Positions 34,976-44,035 of a stretch of 63,604 nt of DNA are shown here, in pieces. Origin of the DNA: Pseudobdellovibrionaceae bacterium. Lineage in GTDB: Bacteria; Bdellovibrionota; Bdellovibrionia; Bdellovibrionales; UBA1609. The stretch's first letter is position 1; each line of letters begins with the position of its first letter. Where the stretch lies: the NCBI GenBank assembly GCA_025354795.1, contig JANXMF010000081.1, positions 1-63,604 of the forward strand, in the 5' to 3' direction. The position numbers and the translations under genes were made by a program. The notes beneath the pieces were generated by a model that was given only the letters and a program-made list of their open reading frames with translations, did not search any database and was not told where the DNA came from.

Positions 34976-35452
34976 CTATTTGTAAACAATTTCCACGATC
35001 TCCGCGTTCAGCAGTCCCGCCGGTCGGTGGATCTCAATCTCATCGCCCTGAGCCTTGCCAAGCAGCGCCTTAGCCATGGGCGACTTCCAACTGATTTTGT
35101 TGGCTCCGGGCTCGATTTCATCCTCGCCTACAATTTGATAAACTTTGCGTACGCGATCCTCGTCCTCAATGGTCACGGTGGCGCCAAAAACCACTTTGTC
35201 GCTTTTCACTTCACTGGGGTTGACGACTCTGGCGCTTTCAATGCGGTCGCGCAAAAACTTAAGGCGCTTGTCGATTTCGCGCAGCCGGCGTTTGCCGTAA
35301 ATGTAGTCGCCGTTTTCACTGCGATCGCCATTGCCTGCGGCCCACGCCACGGTTTCCACCAGCTTCGGGCGCTCACCATGAAATAATTCGGTGAATTCCG
35401 CTTGCAACTTTTTGAATCCTTGCGGAGTTATGTAGTTGGGAATTTCACTCAT
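34976..35452 (-). CDS. greB: Transcription elongation factor GreB
   Basis: NYITPQG, WAAGNGDRSENGDYIYGKRRLREID, ISWKSPMAKAL. Confidence 0.95.
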   Translation of the reverse strand: MSEIPNYITPQGFKKLQAEFTELFHGERPKLVETVAWAAGNGDRSENGDYIYGKRRLREIDKRLKFLRDRIESARVVNPSEVKSDKVVFGATVTIEDEDRVRKVYQIVGEDEIEPGANKISWKSPMAKALLGKAQGDEIEIHRPAGLLNAEIVEIVYK

Positions 35453-35476
35453 GACTCAAAGTTACCTGGAGTGGAG

Positions 35477-36136
35477 ATGATGAGCAACCTATTCAATCCG
35501 ATACTCGCACAGTGGTTCAAGGGCCTGAACGTACCGGTGCCGCCGGTGGACTGTGAGCGCTGCACCCTCGCCGGTCTCGAGCCGGCGCAGGCGCAACGTT
35601 GGGCGCGCTACAAGTGCTGCACCTTTCAACCTTATGTCGCGAATTTTTATTGTGGTGCAATGCTGGAAGCTGGACTGTCGCCATTTAGAGACCGGGCCAT
35701 TTTCCAGGCGATCGGGGTTGTGGCCACCCGCGCGTTTCGCGGTTTCAATTCAGCCACTCCTGAGGCGGACAAAGGTGACGCCAATCTTTGCACCTTTTTT
35801 AATCGCGAAGAGCGCAACTGTGGCATTAGGGATTTTCGTCCGGGTGAGTGCGGGCTCTATTTCTGCGGGCCCGGTTCGGCAGCGCGCGAACAATTGGCTC
35901 AGCAAGCATTGCACCTTGAATCGGGCATCGCACAGATGGCGCTGGCGCACTTTGGCTATTCTCCGCGCGCGATCTGTGTTCAGCTCGAGCATCTCAATGC
36001 GCCGTCTGAAGGTTTGGTCTCACTCTCACGCCCAGAGGCGGAAGAGATTTACCGCTTCTCATGGGCTTGGCTCCAACGCCTAGACCGCTCCGAAGTCTTG
36101 TCGTGGACCAGTTTTACGGGTAAGACTGGCCTGTGA
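35477..36136 (+). CDS. Cysteine-cluster (YkgJ/CxxCxxCC-like) putative Fe-S or Zn protein
   Basis: CERC...KCC...LCTFF...CGI...RPGEC..YFC; GTGA overlap with sufE. Confidence 0.65.
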   Translation: MMSNLFNPILAQWFKGLNVPVPPVDCERCTLAGLEPAQAQRWARYKCCTFQPYVANFYCGAMLEAGLSPFRDRAIFQAIGVVATRAFRGFNSATPEADKGDANLCTFFNREERNCGIRDFRPGECGLYFCGPGSAAREQLAQQALHLESGIAQMALAHFGYSPRAICVQLEHLNAPSEGLVSLSRPEAEEIYRFSWAWLQRLDRSEVLSWTSFTGKTGL

Positions 36137-36555
36137 CTATAGCTGAGCGCCAACATCAGATCGTGCAGGAATTCCACAGTCTCACGGATTGGGAAGACCG
36201 CTATAAAAAGCTAATCGAGCTCGGCAAAGCTATGTCGGCGATGCCGCTCACGCTGCAACTGGATGACTACATGGTCAGAGGTTGCCAATCCAAAGTTTGG
36301 ATTCACGCCCGTTTGGAGAACGGAAAAATCATCTTTACTGCCGACAGTGATGCACTTTTGGTGCGCGGGCTGGTGGCGCTGCTGATGCGCATCTATTCCG
36401 ACGCGACGCCTGATGAGATTCTCGCCACCGCTCCCGATTTTGTTAAAGCCATTGGTTTGGAGTCCAAGCTATCTCCCAGCCGCGCGAATGGTTTGTTCGC
36501 GATGATCAAACAGATTAAGTTTTACGCGTTGGCGTTTCAAAGCCTAGCCAAATAG
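36133..36555 (+). CDS. sufE: SufE family sulfur acceptor
   Basis: WEDRYKKLIELG, VRGCQSKVW, ADSDALLVRGL, LSPSRANG. Confidence 0.93.
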   Translation: MTIAERQHQIVQEFHSLTDWEDRYKKLIELGKAMSAMPLTLQLDDYMVRGCQSKVWIHARLENGKIIFTADSDALLVRGLVALLMRIYSDATPDEILATAPDFVKAIGLESKLSPSRANGLFAMIKQIKFYALAFQSLAK

Positions 36556-36593
36556 CGGGCGTTGAGGTAAGTTTTTATACGAAGAGGTGGGCA

Positions 36594-37028
36594 ATGAATA
36601 ATCAAACCGAAGTGATTGCTTGTTTAAACGAGATTCTCGAATGTGAACTCGCGGGAGTGGTTCGCTACACCCACTATTCGTTGATGGTCTTTGGTCACAA
36701 TCGCATTCCCATAGTGAAGTGGTTGCGCGAGCAGGCTATGGAATCTCTCGCGCACGCCGGTATCGCTGGTGAACATATCACTACCCTTGGCGGACATCCG
36801 AGCTTAAAAATCGGCAAGCTGACCGAGACCCATAAACACTCGCTTTCCGATATTTTGTCGGAGAGTCTTGAGCACGAAAATGTGCAGGTGAAAAATCTGC
36901 GGCACTTACTCAAGCTGGTGGAGCGCGAATCGATCTATTTGGAAGAGTACGCCCGCGCCATGATTTGTGAGGAAGAGCTGCACATCTCGGAAGTCGAAAA
37001 GATGTTGCGCTCGCAACCAAAAGGTTAA
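36594..37028 (+). CDS. bfr: Bacterioferritin-like protein
   Basis: LNEILECELAGVVRY, ESLAHA, LGGHP, ESLEHE, EEELH. Confidence 0.8.
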   Translation: MNNQTEVIACLNEILECELAGVVRYTHYSLMVFGHNRIPIVKWLREQAMESLAHAGIAGEHITTLGGHPSLKIGKLTETHKHSLSDILSESLEHENVQVKNLRHLLKLVERESIYLEEYARAMICEEELHISEVEKMLRSQPKG

Positions 37029-37729
37029 AGCGAGGCGTGCACTCGGTGCGAATCGTCGTTGTCCTCAAGCGCCTCAAGTAGTTCCAAAACTTCTTTTTTC
37101 TGCGCCTCATCGATCTTGGTTGGGTCTTTCGCTTTGAACGAAAGTTCACTCACCGTCACTTCCCAACCGCGGCCTTGCAGTGCCGCACGCACCGCATCCA
37201 GATCCTCAATTCCCGCGTAAAACACATAAATTCCGTCTTCTTCTTCTTTATAAACTTCATTGGCGCCCACTTCGATGGCTTCTTCCTCAGGGTCGCCGAC
37301 CTGGGCTTTTTTGCCATGAATCATTCCCACGCGCTCAAACATCCACGCTACGGCTCCGCTCTCCCCTAAATTCCCACCATTGGACTTAAACAGGTTGCGC
37401 AGTTCTGAAACCGTGCGATTGCGATTGTCGGTCTGGCACTCGACAATAATGCCCACGCCATGGGGGCCATAACCTTCGTAAACGATCTCTTCAACCACAC
37501 TGCCGTCATCGAGTTGGCCGGTGCCTTTTTTAATGGCGCGTTCAATGGTTTCTTTGGGGCAAGAGGCTTCGCGGGCTTCGGCTATTGCTAACTTCAGCCG
37601 AGAGTTGGCTGCGGGGTCGCCGCCACCTAATTTAGCGGCCACCGCGATTTCGCGTGCGAGTTTGGTGAACACCGCGCCTTTTTTTTGTGCGGCATCGAGT
37701 TTGCCGGCTTTTTTCCATGATTTACCCAT
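37025..37729 (-). CDS. yebC: YebC/PmpR family protein
   Basis: GGGDPAANSRL, IERAIKKG, YEGYGPHG, TDNRNRT; ATG 37729. Confidence 0.95.
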   Translation of the reverse strand: MGKSWKKAGKLDAAQKKGAVFTKLAREIAVAAKLGGGDPAANSRLKLAIAEAREASCPKETIERAIKKGTGQLDDGSVVEEIVYEGYGPHGVGIIVECQTDNRNRTVSELRNLFKSNGGNLGESGAVAWMFERVGMIHGKKAQVGDPEEEAIEVGANEVYKEEEDGIYVFYAGIEDLDAVRAALQGRGWEVTVSELSFKAKDPTKIDEAQKKEVLELLEALEDNDDSHRVHASL

Positions 37730-37784
37730 AAACTCTCCCAAATAAAATCGATGATGGCTCAGGAAGCTGGGGTTGGGCAAGCGC

Positions 37785-38516
37785 TTAAAAGGTTTCGCCG
37801 CTCCGTAAGAAGCGCCACTGGCCCTCCGGGAGTTTGCCAAGCGCGATCTGCCCAATGCGCACTCGTTTTAGCCCGAGCACGCGCAAGCCAACGGCTTCGC
37901 ACATCTTGCGAATTTGGCGTTTCATACCTTCTTTTAAAACAAAGCGCAGCTGCTCGTCGTTGATCCATTCCACCTGCGCCGGCTTGAGCGCGCGACCCTC
38001 GATGACCAGACTGCCGTTGCGCAAGCGTTGCAGATCGTGGTTCGCAAGCTGGCCCGCGACGCGCACGATGTATTCCTTTTCGACCGCTGAATTCTCACCA
38101 ATGAGTTTCTTGGCCACCACTCCATCTTGGGTGAACACCAGCAGGCCTTGCGAATCAATGTCGAGGCGGCCGGCCGTGGCAATACCTCGCAGGTGGCTTG
38201 CATGAAGTGGCTTTTTATCGCCGGGATCTTGATTGGTGGCGGTAAGTAGCTTGATGGCGGCGTCATAGCCGTCTTCGGGTTGGGATGAAACATAACCTTT
38301 GGGTTTATTGAGGAGGATCGTGACCTTCTCACTTAAAATCTGGCGCGCGCGCGGCAAAATTTCGAGCGTCACCGAAGGCAGCACTTTGCTGCCAAGCTGG
38401 TTGACGATCTGACCATCGACTTTGACGAGACCAGCGGCGATAAGTTCGTCGGCTTCGCGGCGCGAACAGAGTCCACGCGAACTCATTAATTTGCTGAGGC
38501 GAATCGGTTCATTCAC
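37785..38516 (-). CDS. rRNA pseudouridine synthase with S4 domain (RsuA/RluB/E/F family)
   Basis: [41 protein letters not shown]. Confidence 0.92.
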   Translation of the reverse strand: MNEPIRLSKLMSSRGLCSRREADELIAAGLVKVDGQIVNQLGSKVLPSVTLEILPRARQILSEKVTILLNKPKGYVSSQPEDGYDAAIKLLTATNQDPGDKKPLHASHLRGIATAGRLDIDSQGLLVFTQDGVVAKKLIGENSAVEKEYIVRVAGQLANHDLQRLRNGSLVIEGRALKPAQVEWINDEQLRFVLKEGMKRQIRKMCEAVGLRVLGLKRVRIGQIALGKLPEGQWRFLRSGETF

Positions 38517-38853
38517 TGAGCGCACTTCGCCCACTGACAAAACGGTTTTTGCGCGTCTCTTGCAGCGCCAGCGCGAGAATTTTCCCCTGCAGGGGCGTGG
38601 TTTGCAGACGGTCGTAAATCCACTCCACCAACCATTCGCCAGTGGAATGGGTAACGAGCTTAGTGAGATCGTGTCGGTCTAGCTCCGGCAAGATCTTAAC
38701 TTCCACTTCGTTTTGGGCCAAGGCTTGATCTCGCGGCGCCGTCGTGACTTCCAGATAATACTGATGCCCATGACGCTTTTCTTTGCGCGCTCCAGTGATG
38801 AGACTGTGCGTGCCACGAAAACTAAAGCGGGTGGTGGTGGCGATCAAGGCCAT
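38509..38853 (-). CDS. PTPS/QueD-superfamily protein, PTPS-III type (E-X2-HGH)
   Basis: TH...[27 protein letters not shown]. Confidence 0.7.
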   Translation of the reverse strand: MALIATTTRFSFRGTHSLITGARKEKRHGHQYYLEVTTAPRDQALAQNEVEVKILPELDRHDLTKLVTHSTGEWLVEWIYDRLQTTPLQGKILALALQETRKNRFVSGRSALSE

Positions 38854-39257
38854 ACGTCCACCCATAAATCTTCGTTCTCATAGAGGCGAATCTTCACCAC
38901 TCGCACCTGTGGTGCTTTGAGTGTGCGCGTGAGCCGTGCAAGTAAGTAGCTCGCCAGATTTTCAGTGGTCGGCACGGTGGATTTAAATTCCGCTTGGGTA
39001 AAATTCACGTGTTGACCGGCAATTGGCGCCAGCACCTCATCCAAAAGTTGATCAACGTCGGTGAGATTCAAAACCATTCCGGTGTGTGGGTCTACTGGAC
39101 CTTCGAAATAAGCTTCGAGTTCATAATTGTGGCCGTGCCCGGTGGCGGTGAAGCAGGCGCCGAAAGTTTCTCGATTGCGCTCAGCCGACCATTCTTCCAC
39201 CGCATAACGATGCATGCATTGAAAGCCCTTGCGCCGGGCTAAGCGCGTGACCGTCAT
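38844..39257 (-). CDS. 6-pyruvoyl-tetrahydropterin synthase, PTPS-II type (C-X5-HGH)
   Basis: HRY...NRETFGACFTATGHGHNY...GPVDPHTGMVLNL, PTTENLA, LYENE; resembles animal PTS. Confidence 0.85.
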   Translation of the reverse strand: MTVTRLARRKGFQCMHRYAVEEWSAERNRETFGACFTATGHGHNYELEAYFEGPVDPHTGMVLNLTDVDQLLDEVLAPIAGQHVNFTQAEFKSTVPTTENLASYLLARLTRTLKAPQVRVVKIRLYENEDLWVDVWP

Positions 39258-40006
39258 AGCGATATGCCGCCGTCAACAGTCAAGATGGTTCCGGTTGTCC
39301 ACTCCGAACGCAGCAAGAATTCACAGGCTGCGGCGATCTCCTCAGGGCGTCCCATGCGGCCAAGCGGTTGTGCTTGGTGCGCACTGACGCGCGCCGGATC
39401 GTTTGCGGGCAAGCGGTGAAAATCATGAATCGGGGTATCCACCAGCCCGGGGCATAAACAGTTCACTCGAATCTGGTCAGGGGCCCACTCAAGCGCGAGA
39501 GTTTTGGTCCAGTTAATCATCGCCGCTTTCAGCGCCGAGTAGGCGGCGGTACCGGCAATCGGTCGTTCACCTAAGGTTGAGCTAATATTCACGACGGCCG
39601 AGGAGTGGGCGGCCTTGAGGTGCGGATAGAGTTCCCGGGTTAAGCGCACCGCCGACAAAAGGTTGCCGTTGAACTGCCGTTCCCAAATGGCGTCGGAGGT
39701 CTGTTGGAAACTCAACCGATCAAAGATCCCGGCATTATTCACCACACCAAGTAGGGGGCGGCCGCAAGATTTTAACCATAAACTAATTTCATTTATTGTA
39801 GCATGGGTCTCATCCGCTCGCGCCAAATCGACAGTCGAAAAAGAAAATGCATTGGCGGGAAAAGTGCTCGCCACTCCTTGGAGTTTGGCGCGGTCACGGC
39901 CCAGCCCGTAAACCAAATGACCCAGTGCGGCGAGATGGCTCGCAATCGCAAGTCCTATTCCACCTCCGGCCCCAGACACTATGAAAGCCCCAAGCCTATT
40001 TGACAT
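39254..40006 (-). CDS. Classical SDR oxidoreductase
   Basis: GAGGGIG, NNAG, NISS, YSALK, PGLVDT, VDGG; ATGA overlap with the PTPS gene. Confidence 0.92.
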   Translation of the reverse strand: MSNRLGAFIVSGAGGGIGLAIASHLAALGHLVYGLGRDRAKLQGVASTFPANAFSFSTVDLARADETHATINEISLWLKSCGRPLLGVVNNAGIFDRLSFQQTSDAIWERQFNGNLLSAVRLTRELYPHLKAAHSSAVVNISSTLGERPIAGTAAYSALKAAMINWTKTLALEWAPDQIRVNCLCPGLVDTPIHDFHRLPANDPARVSAHQAQPLGRMGRPEEIAAACEFLLRSEWTTGTILTVDGGISL

Positions 40007-40168
40007 GGCGCCGAATCTAACAAACACCTCCCTAAAACTCAAGGACGGTCACTGAACGCGAACAAAATGAATGTGGTTTTCGACGGTGCCGACGTATTGA
40101 AAGCCTTCCAATGTCGAACTGCCGTCCGCGGTCGTCTTTAGCGTCACGGTGAGCGCGCCAAAACTGAG

Positions 40169-40390
40169 TTAAGCCGCTTTCTTCTTCATCATAAAAGCCT
40201 GATACTTGCGATCAAAATCCGCCGGCTTCTCACCCTTCTTATTCACTAGACCCTCCTTAAACCACACAAAGTGGTCCGCGCAGAAACCCAATTTATGAGT
40301 CTTGCCGGTGCATTTTTCCACGCAGCACGAAGTAGGGGTCATCTGAATCACGTTGGAGGGGGCGGGGGCGACAGTTTTTTCTTTGGCCAT
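40169..40390 (-). CDS. Small putative Zn-binding protein (73 aa)
   Basis: AGGAG RBS; C-X3/4-C...GFCADH ligand set; basic C-terminus. Confidence 0.7.
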   Translation of the reverse strand: MAKEKTVAPAPSNVIQMTPTSCCVEKCTGKTHKLGFCADHFVWFKEGLVNKKGEKPADFDRKYQAFMMKKKAA

Positions 40391-40419
40391 TTTCAACTCC
40401 TGATTTGAAGGTCTTCTTC

Positions 40420-40446
40420 TCATCGGAAGGATCCACCCCGACCTCA
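40420..40446 (-). promoter_or_regulatory. sigma28/FliA-like promoter
   Basis: Minus strand TGAG-N15-TCCGATGA upstream of ATG 40390. Confidence 0.35.
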
Positions 40447-41946
40447 AGGCTCGGGCTTGACCTCGGTCAGGTCGGTTAAATCCAGTTGGTTTAACTCATT
40501 GAGATCCCAGCCTTTAAATTTAGGCTGGACCAAGATCGTGAAAAACATTTCGCCTAGCGGAATCAAGCGGTGGCTGTTTAGTAAAATCTCAATCGCCTTG
40601 CGGCATTCCACTTTGCGCGCCGAGGGTGTCGCGGCGGCGCGCAAAGAAGTCACTGCCTTCTCGTACTCGGGGCTGTCAAAGCGGATGTAGTTTTCAGGAC
40701 TGCCCTTTAAAAAAAGCTCGACGGCCGCCAGACACGTCGGACGATCGAGGCTCACGCCTTTGCGGAAAATGGCAGGCGGGGAGGCGCGCAGGCGTTGCAG
40801 ATACACACCTTGTTCTTCGCTGTGGAGCTCCACGCTCAAGCCCAAATGCTTTTTCCACTGACCTTGAAACCATTCTGAAATCCGGGCGATGTCGTCACCG
40901 CCGAGCAAACTGAAGTGTAAAACCAACTTATCAAGCGGATCTTGTTTAGCGAGTAGTTTGCTCTCGGTCGGGTTAAATTTGAGGCAGGTGGAGCGATCTA
41001 AAAAACGCGCCGGGAGACTCGGGCAGCCCGGTGGTCCCACGGTCACGAACAGCTTCATAAAGCTCATAAAATCGACGCCATGGCTCAAGGCTTGGCGCAA
41101 TTTATCATGACCCTCGAGCTGCGGACCAAATCCAACATAGTCAAAACGCGCCTGCGGCACTTGCATGAAGTCAGGAGTGTCGCGATAACGAGCGGTGTCC
41201 TCAGACGTCAGACGTCGCAAAAAATTTAATTTCCCGCTTTCATAAAGACGCAAGGCGGTGCCGTCGTCTTCGACAAATAGCACTTCCAGTTTCGGGCGCT
41301 TGCGATTGGCGGGGAGAGCATAAGCTAGGTTTGGGTCCAGGTGCACATAGTGGCCAGGTTTCCATGCGCTGATCTTATACGGCCCACTAAATAACATTTG
41401 TGGACTACGCTTGCGCTCGAGAATCCCCGTGGGTGGGGTGGGTGCCAGGGCAGAGTTGATCAGTTTGTATTCGAATTCGGGGTCTTCTTCGGCAAATTCA
41501 AAACGCAAAGTATAGTGGTCGAGGGCTTTCACGCCCAGTTTTTCCGGCGGCACGTCGCCGCGGCCAATCGCCTGCGCGTTTTTAAGCAGCAATAGCAGTT
41601 CACTCTGGTGGCTTTTGACGGAGGGGTCCATCACCCGCACAAAAGATTTCACATAGTCTTCCGCCTGGACTCGGCGTCCATCGCTCCAGCGGTGTTGGGG
41701 ACTCAAACGGCACGTCAGCTTGAGCGCCGCGCGAACGCAGTCTTTGGCGCCTTCTTTTATCAAGCCCTTTTGGCTGTGATAGCGGTAAAGCCCGCGAAAA
41801 ATATTCTGGTAGACGTAGTTGCCGCCGCTAAAACCCACCATTTGGCTATCAAGGGAGTGAGGCTCGGTCAGAAGATGGAAACGAAAACTCTCAGCCGCCA
41901 CCGGCCGTCCCACCAACAACAAGAAAAGGAGTTGAATCGCGAGCAT
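40444..41946 (-). CDS. oppA: Oligopeptide ABC transporter substrate-binding protein (family 5)
   Basis: EPHSLD, IFRGLYR, RWSDGRRVQAED, GVKALD, FSGPYKI; start uncertain. Confidence 0.85.
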   Translation of the reverse strand: MLAIQLLFLLLVGRPVAAESFRFHLLTEPHSLDSQMVGFSGGNYVYQNIFRGLYRYHSQKGLIKEGAKDCVRAALKLTCRLSPQHRWSDGRRVQAEDYVKSFVRVMDPSVKSHQSELLLLLKNAQAIGRGDVPPEKLGVKALDHYTLRFEFAEEDPEFEYKLINSALAPTPPTGILERKRSPQMLFSGPYKISAWKPGHYVHLDPNLAYALPANRKRPKLEVLFVEDDGTALRLYESGKLNFLRRLTSEDTARYRDTPDFMQVPQARFDYVGFGPQLEGHDKLRQALSHGVDFMSFMKLFVTVGPPGCPSLPARFLDRSTCLKFNPTESKLLAKQDPLDKLVLHFSLLGGDDIARISEWFQGQWKKHLGLSVELHSEEQGVYLQRLRASPPAIFRKGVSLDRPTCLAAVELFLKGSPENYIRFDSPEYEKAVTSLRAAATPSARKVECRKAIEILLNSHRLIPLGEMFFTILVQPKFKGWDLNELNQLDLTDLTEVKPEP

Positions 41947-42022
41947 CGTGGCCAAACTTTGATTGAACTTGGAAACCCCGTCAAATGAAACATAACGATT
42001 GGGCACAATAATATCCCCAATC

Positions 42023-42074
42023 GTGTTTCACAATGAGACACCAAACTTAAGTTTCTCTAGCCTCAGGTCGATAC
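42023..42074 (+). promoter_or_regulatory. Palindromic TF site plus sigma28-like promoter
   Basis: GTGTTTCA-caa-TGAGACAC (42023-42041), then TAAG-N15-GTCGATAC (42048-42074). Confidence 0.55.
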
Positions 42075-42099
42075 GATTTGAGTAAGGTGGTGCCTCGTA

Positions 42100-42651
42100 A
42101 TGAGTAAACACATTCGCTATTTCGCCGTCGCTGCACTTTTGGGCCTTTTGGTGTTCGAGTTTAATGGCTGCGGTTTTGGCGCCCCCCCACATGCAGAAGG
42201 TGAGCCCAGTGTGAATTGTATAAATGCCAACTGCATCACTTCCAATGCGGTGGACATGTCGGTAACGCCGCATGTTTTCAATGGCTCCTACTCAGTGCAA
42301 GCCGCGGTGCCTGATTTCAACGTCGCCGGAGATTGCAACGAAGCCGGCTTCATCTATAATTTTATGCGCTGGCAGCTGGTCTTAAACGGTGCGCTGGTGC
42401 GTGATTCTGGAATGGTGCCGGTAGGCGCCTACACCGCGGATTCACAGTGCGTGAACGGGCGTTTTTTGCTTTATGTTTATCTACGCCCTGTTGCGCAGGA
42501 TAATATGGATCGCTCCGGACTGCTGACTGAAGGCGGAACAAGGGCTTCTTACCAGCTCAACATTTTGTTTTTTGGTTCAGATACGAATTCGACCCAGCTG
42601 TCGCAATGGTCTATGGCTCAAACCAATCTTATATTGCAAATCGTTCAGTAA
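42100..42651 (+). CDS. Hypothetical lipoprotein
   Basis: FNGC lipobox-like; FNVAGDCNEAG and QCVNGRF Cys motifs. Confidence 0.7.
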   Translation: MSKHIRYFAVAALLGLLVFEFNGCGFGAPPHAEGEPSVNCINANCITSNAVDMSVTPHVFNGSYSVQAAVPDFNVAGDCNEAGFIYNFMRWQLVLNGALVRDSGMVPVGAYTADSQCVNGRFLLYVYLRPVAQDNMDRSGLLTEGGTRASYQLNILFFGSDTNSTQLSQWSMAQTNLILQIVQ

Positions 42652-42653
42652 CC

Positions 42654-43727
42654 CTAACGCCGCGCTAGGGTCTCATCATATATTTTTTGAAAATGTGGCA
42701 GCACTTCCACGCTGAGGTCGGGAAATTGCAGTCGATTGAGCGGAAACTGGCGCAGCGCCTGCGGCTTCTCAAACGGTAAAATCGTGTTCAAATTGCTGAG
42801 CGAGGCATGGACCACGCCTCCACCGACATGCTGATGGGTTTCCAGCGCGGCTTCGGTGGTGAGCAGCTCATTGATCAGGCTCATAGCCAGCTCAGGCTGA
42901 GTCGCGTTTTCGCCTACACCCAAAACGCCAACATCTAAAGTTGCCCCATCGTCCGGCAACCAAAAGTGATAGAGCGAACCTGAGCCCAGCCACTGCGCCA
43001 CCCGGGCCACAGGCAACTCGACCCAATCCGCGCCCGCCACTAAGACTTCTGCAGTCGCGGCTGCAGACCCCGGCTTTAACACATGAGCGAGGCTCTGAGT
43101 GAAATGCTTTAGCTCTTCTTGAAAGGCCTTTTGCGCTTTGCCTTCTTCTTCCTCTAAGTGTTCTTCCATCTTGACGCCAAATCGTCCTAGGATTTGCAGC
43201 ACGTTGAGTTCATCTCCCCACAGGGACACTTTGTGGTCATGGAGAGTCTGTTTCCAAGTGGATGACGACGGCGCCTCGTGTTTGCCAAAAAATCCGTAAA
43301 GGTTCCAGAACAGCGGCACCGAATAATCAAACTCGGGGTCATAAGGGAGTCGGGCGAAATCCACCGCCAATAGTTTCAGGTTCGAGAGGCTCTGAAAATT
43401 CATTTTTTTTAACCAATGACTGCGCTCCAGACTTTTGACTAGCAGGGAGCTGGTGCAGATAACGTCCACTTTGCCTTCTGAATTGGCCATCTGCCGCACA
43501 AATTCACTGGGCGTGGCGTAGGTCCACTGTTGAATTCGCACATGATGATCCAGTGAGAATTTTTGCAGCACATTGTCGGACAGCCACTTTTCGGCGCAAA
43601 GAATGCGTAGCGGTGCCGCGCGGGCCAATTGCCGTGCATTCTTACGATCAGTCCAGATTCCCCATGCGATTCCTAAACAAAAAAACACTGTGCCCAAAAA
43701 GAGTAAATACTTCGAATATATTTTCAC
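42654..43727 (-). CDS. PotD/PotF-like polyamine substrate-binding protein (divergent, orphan)
   Basis: VDVICTSS, LSNLK, YDPEFDYSVPLFW, FWLPDDGA, AMSLINELL. Confidence 0.7.
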   Translation of the reverse strand: MKIYSKYLLFLGTVFFCLGIAWGIWTDRKNARQLARAAPLRILCAEKWLSDNVLQKFSLDHHVRIQQWTYATPSEFVRQMANSEGKVDVICTSSLLVKSLERSHWLKKMNFQSLSNLKLLAVDFARLPYDPEFDYSVPLFWNLYGFFGKHEAPSSSTWKQTLHDHKVSLWGDELNVLQILGRFGVKMEEHLEEEEGKAQKAFQEELKHFTQSLAHVLKPGSAAATAEVLVAGADWVELPVARVAQWLGSGSLYHFWLPDDGATLDVGVLGVGENATQPELAMSLINELLTTEAALETHQHVGGGVVHASLSNLNTILPFEKPQALRQFPLNRLQFPDLSVEVLPHFQKIYDETLARR

Positions 43728-43953
43728 GTCCCCATGGTAAGAGGGGAACGCCCTACGGTCAAAGACCTATAAGCGCGGCTTAAATTTCCCATCGAATCTT
43801 ACTTCTGGTCTAGCTCGGACATTTTGCTTCTGGCCTTTTTTATTTGGGTTGTTGCTTGCGGACGTTACGGGCCCTTGGTCCTGATCGCCGGCCATAGTTT
43901 TGTGCATGAATTTTTTTCTTGTTTTTTAACGCAAGAGTCTTCACGATCTAAGT

Positions 43954-44016
43954 GTGGGGGGGCGATGGAAGGCAGGAGCGCTAGTCGAAGCACGGAAGCT
44001 TCACATCGCCTTTTTT
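43954..44016 (+). ncRNA. Candidate small RNA (long hairpin + U6, three GGA motifs)
   Basis: GGCGATG-GAAG...CTTC-A-CATCGCC-TTTTTT with no + strand gene upstream; TTGTTT-N17-CACGAT at 43919-43947. Confidence 0.35.
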
Positions 44017-44035
44017 AAAGGCCCGCGAAAACCCT

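Noticed and set aside
38509-39257. queD assignment because queG is in the window
   Set aside because: Neither protein has the QueD C-X3-HGH motif, and queC/E/F are not adjacent
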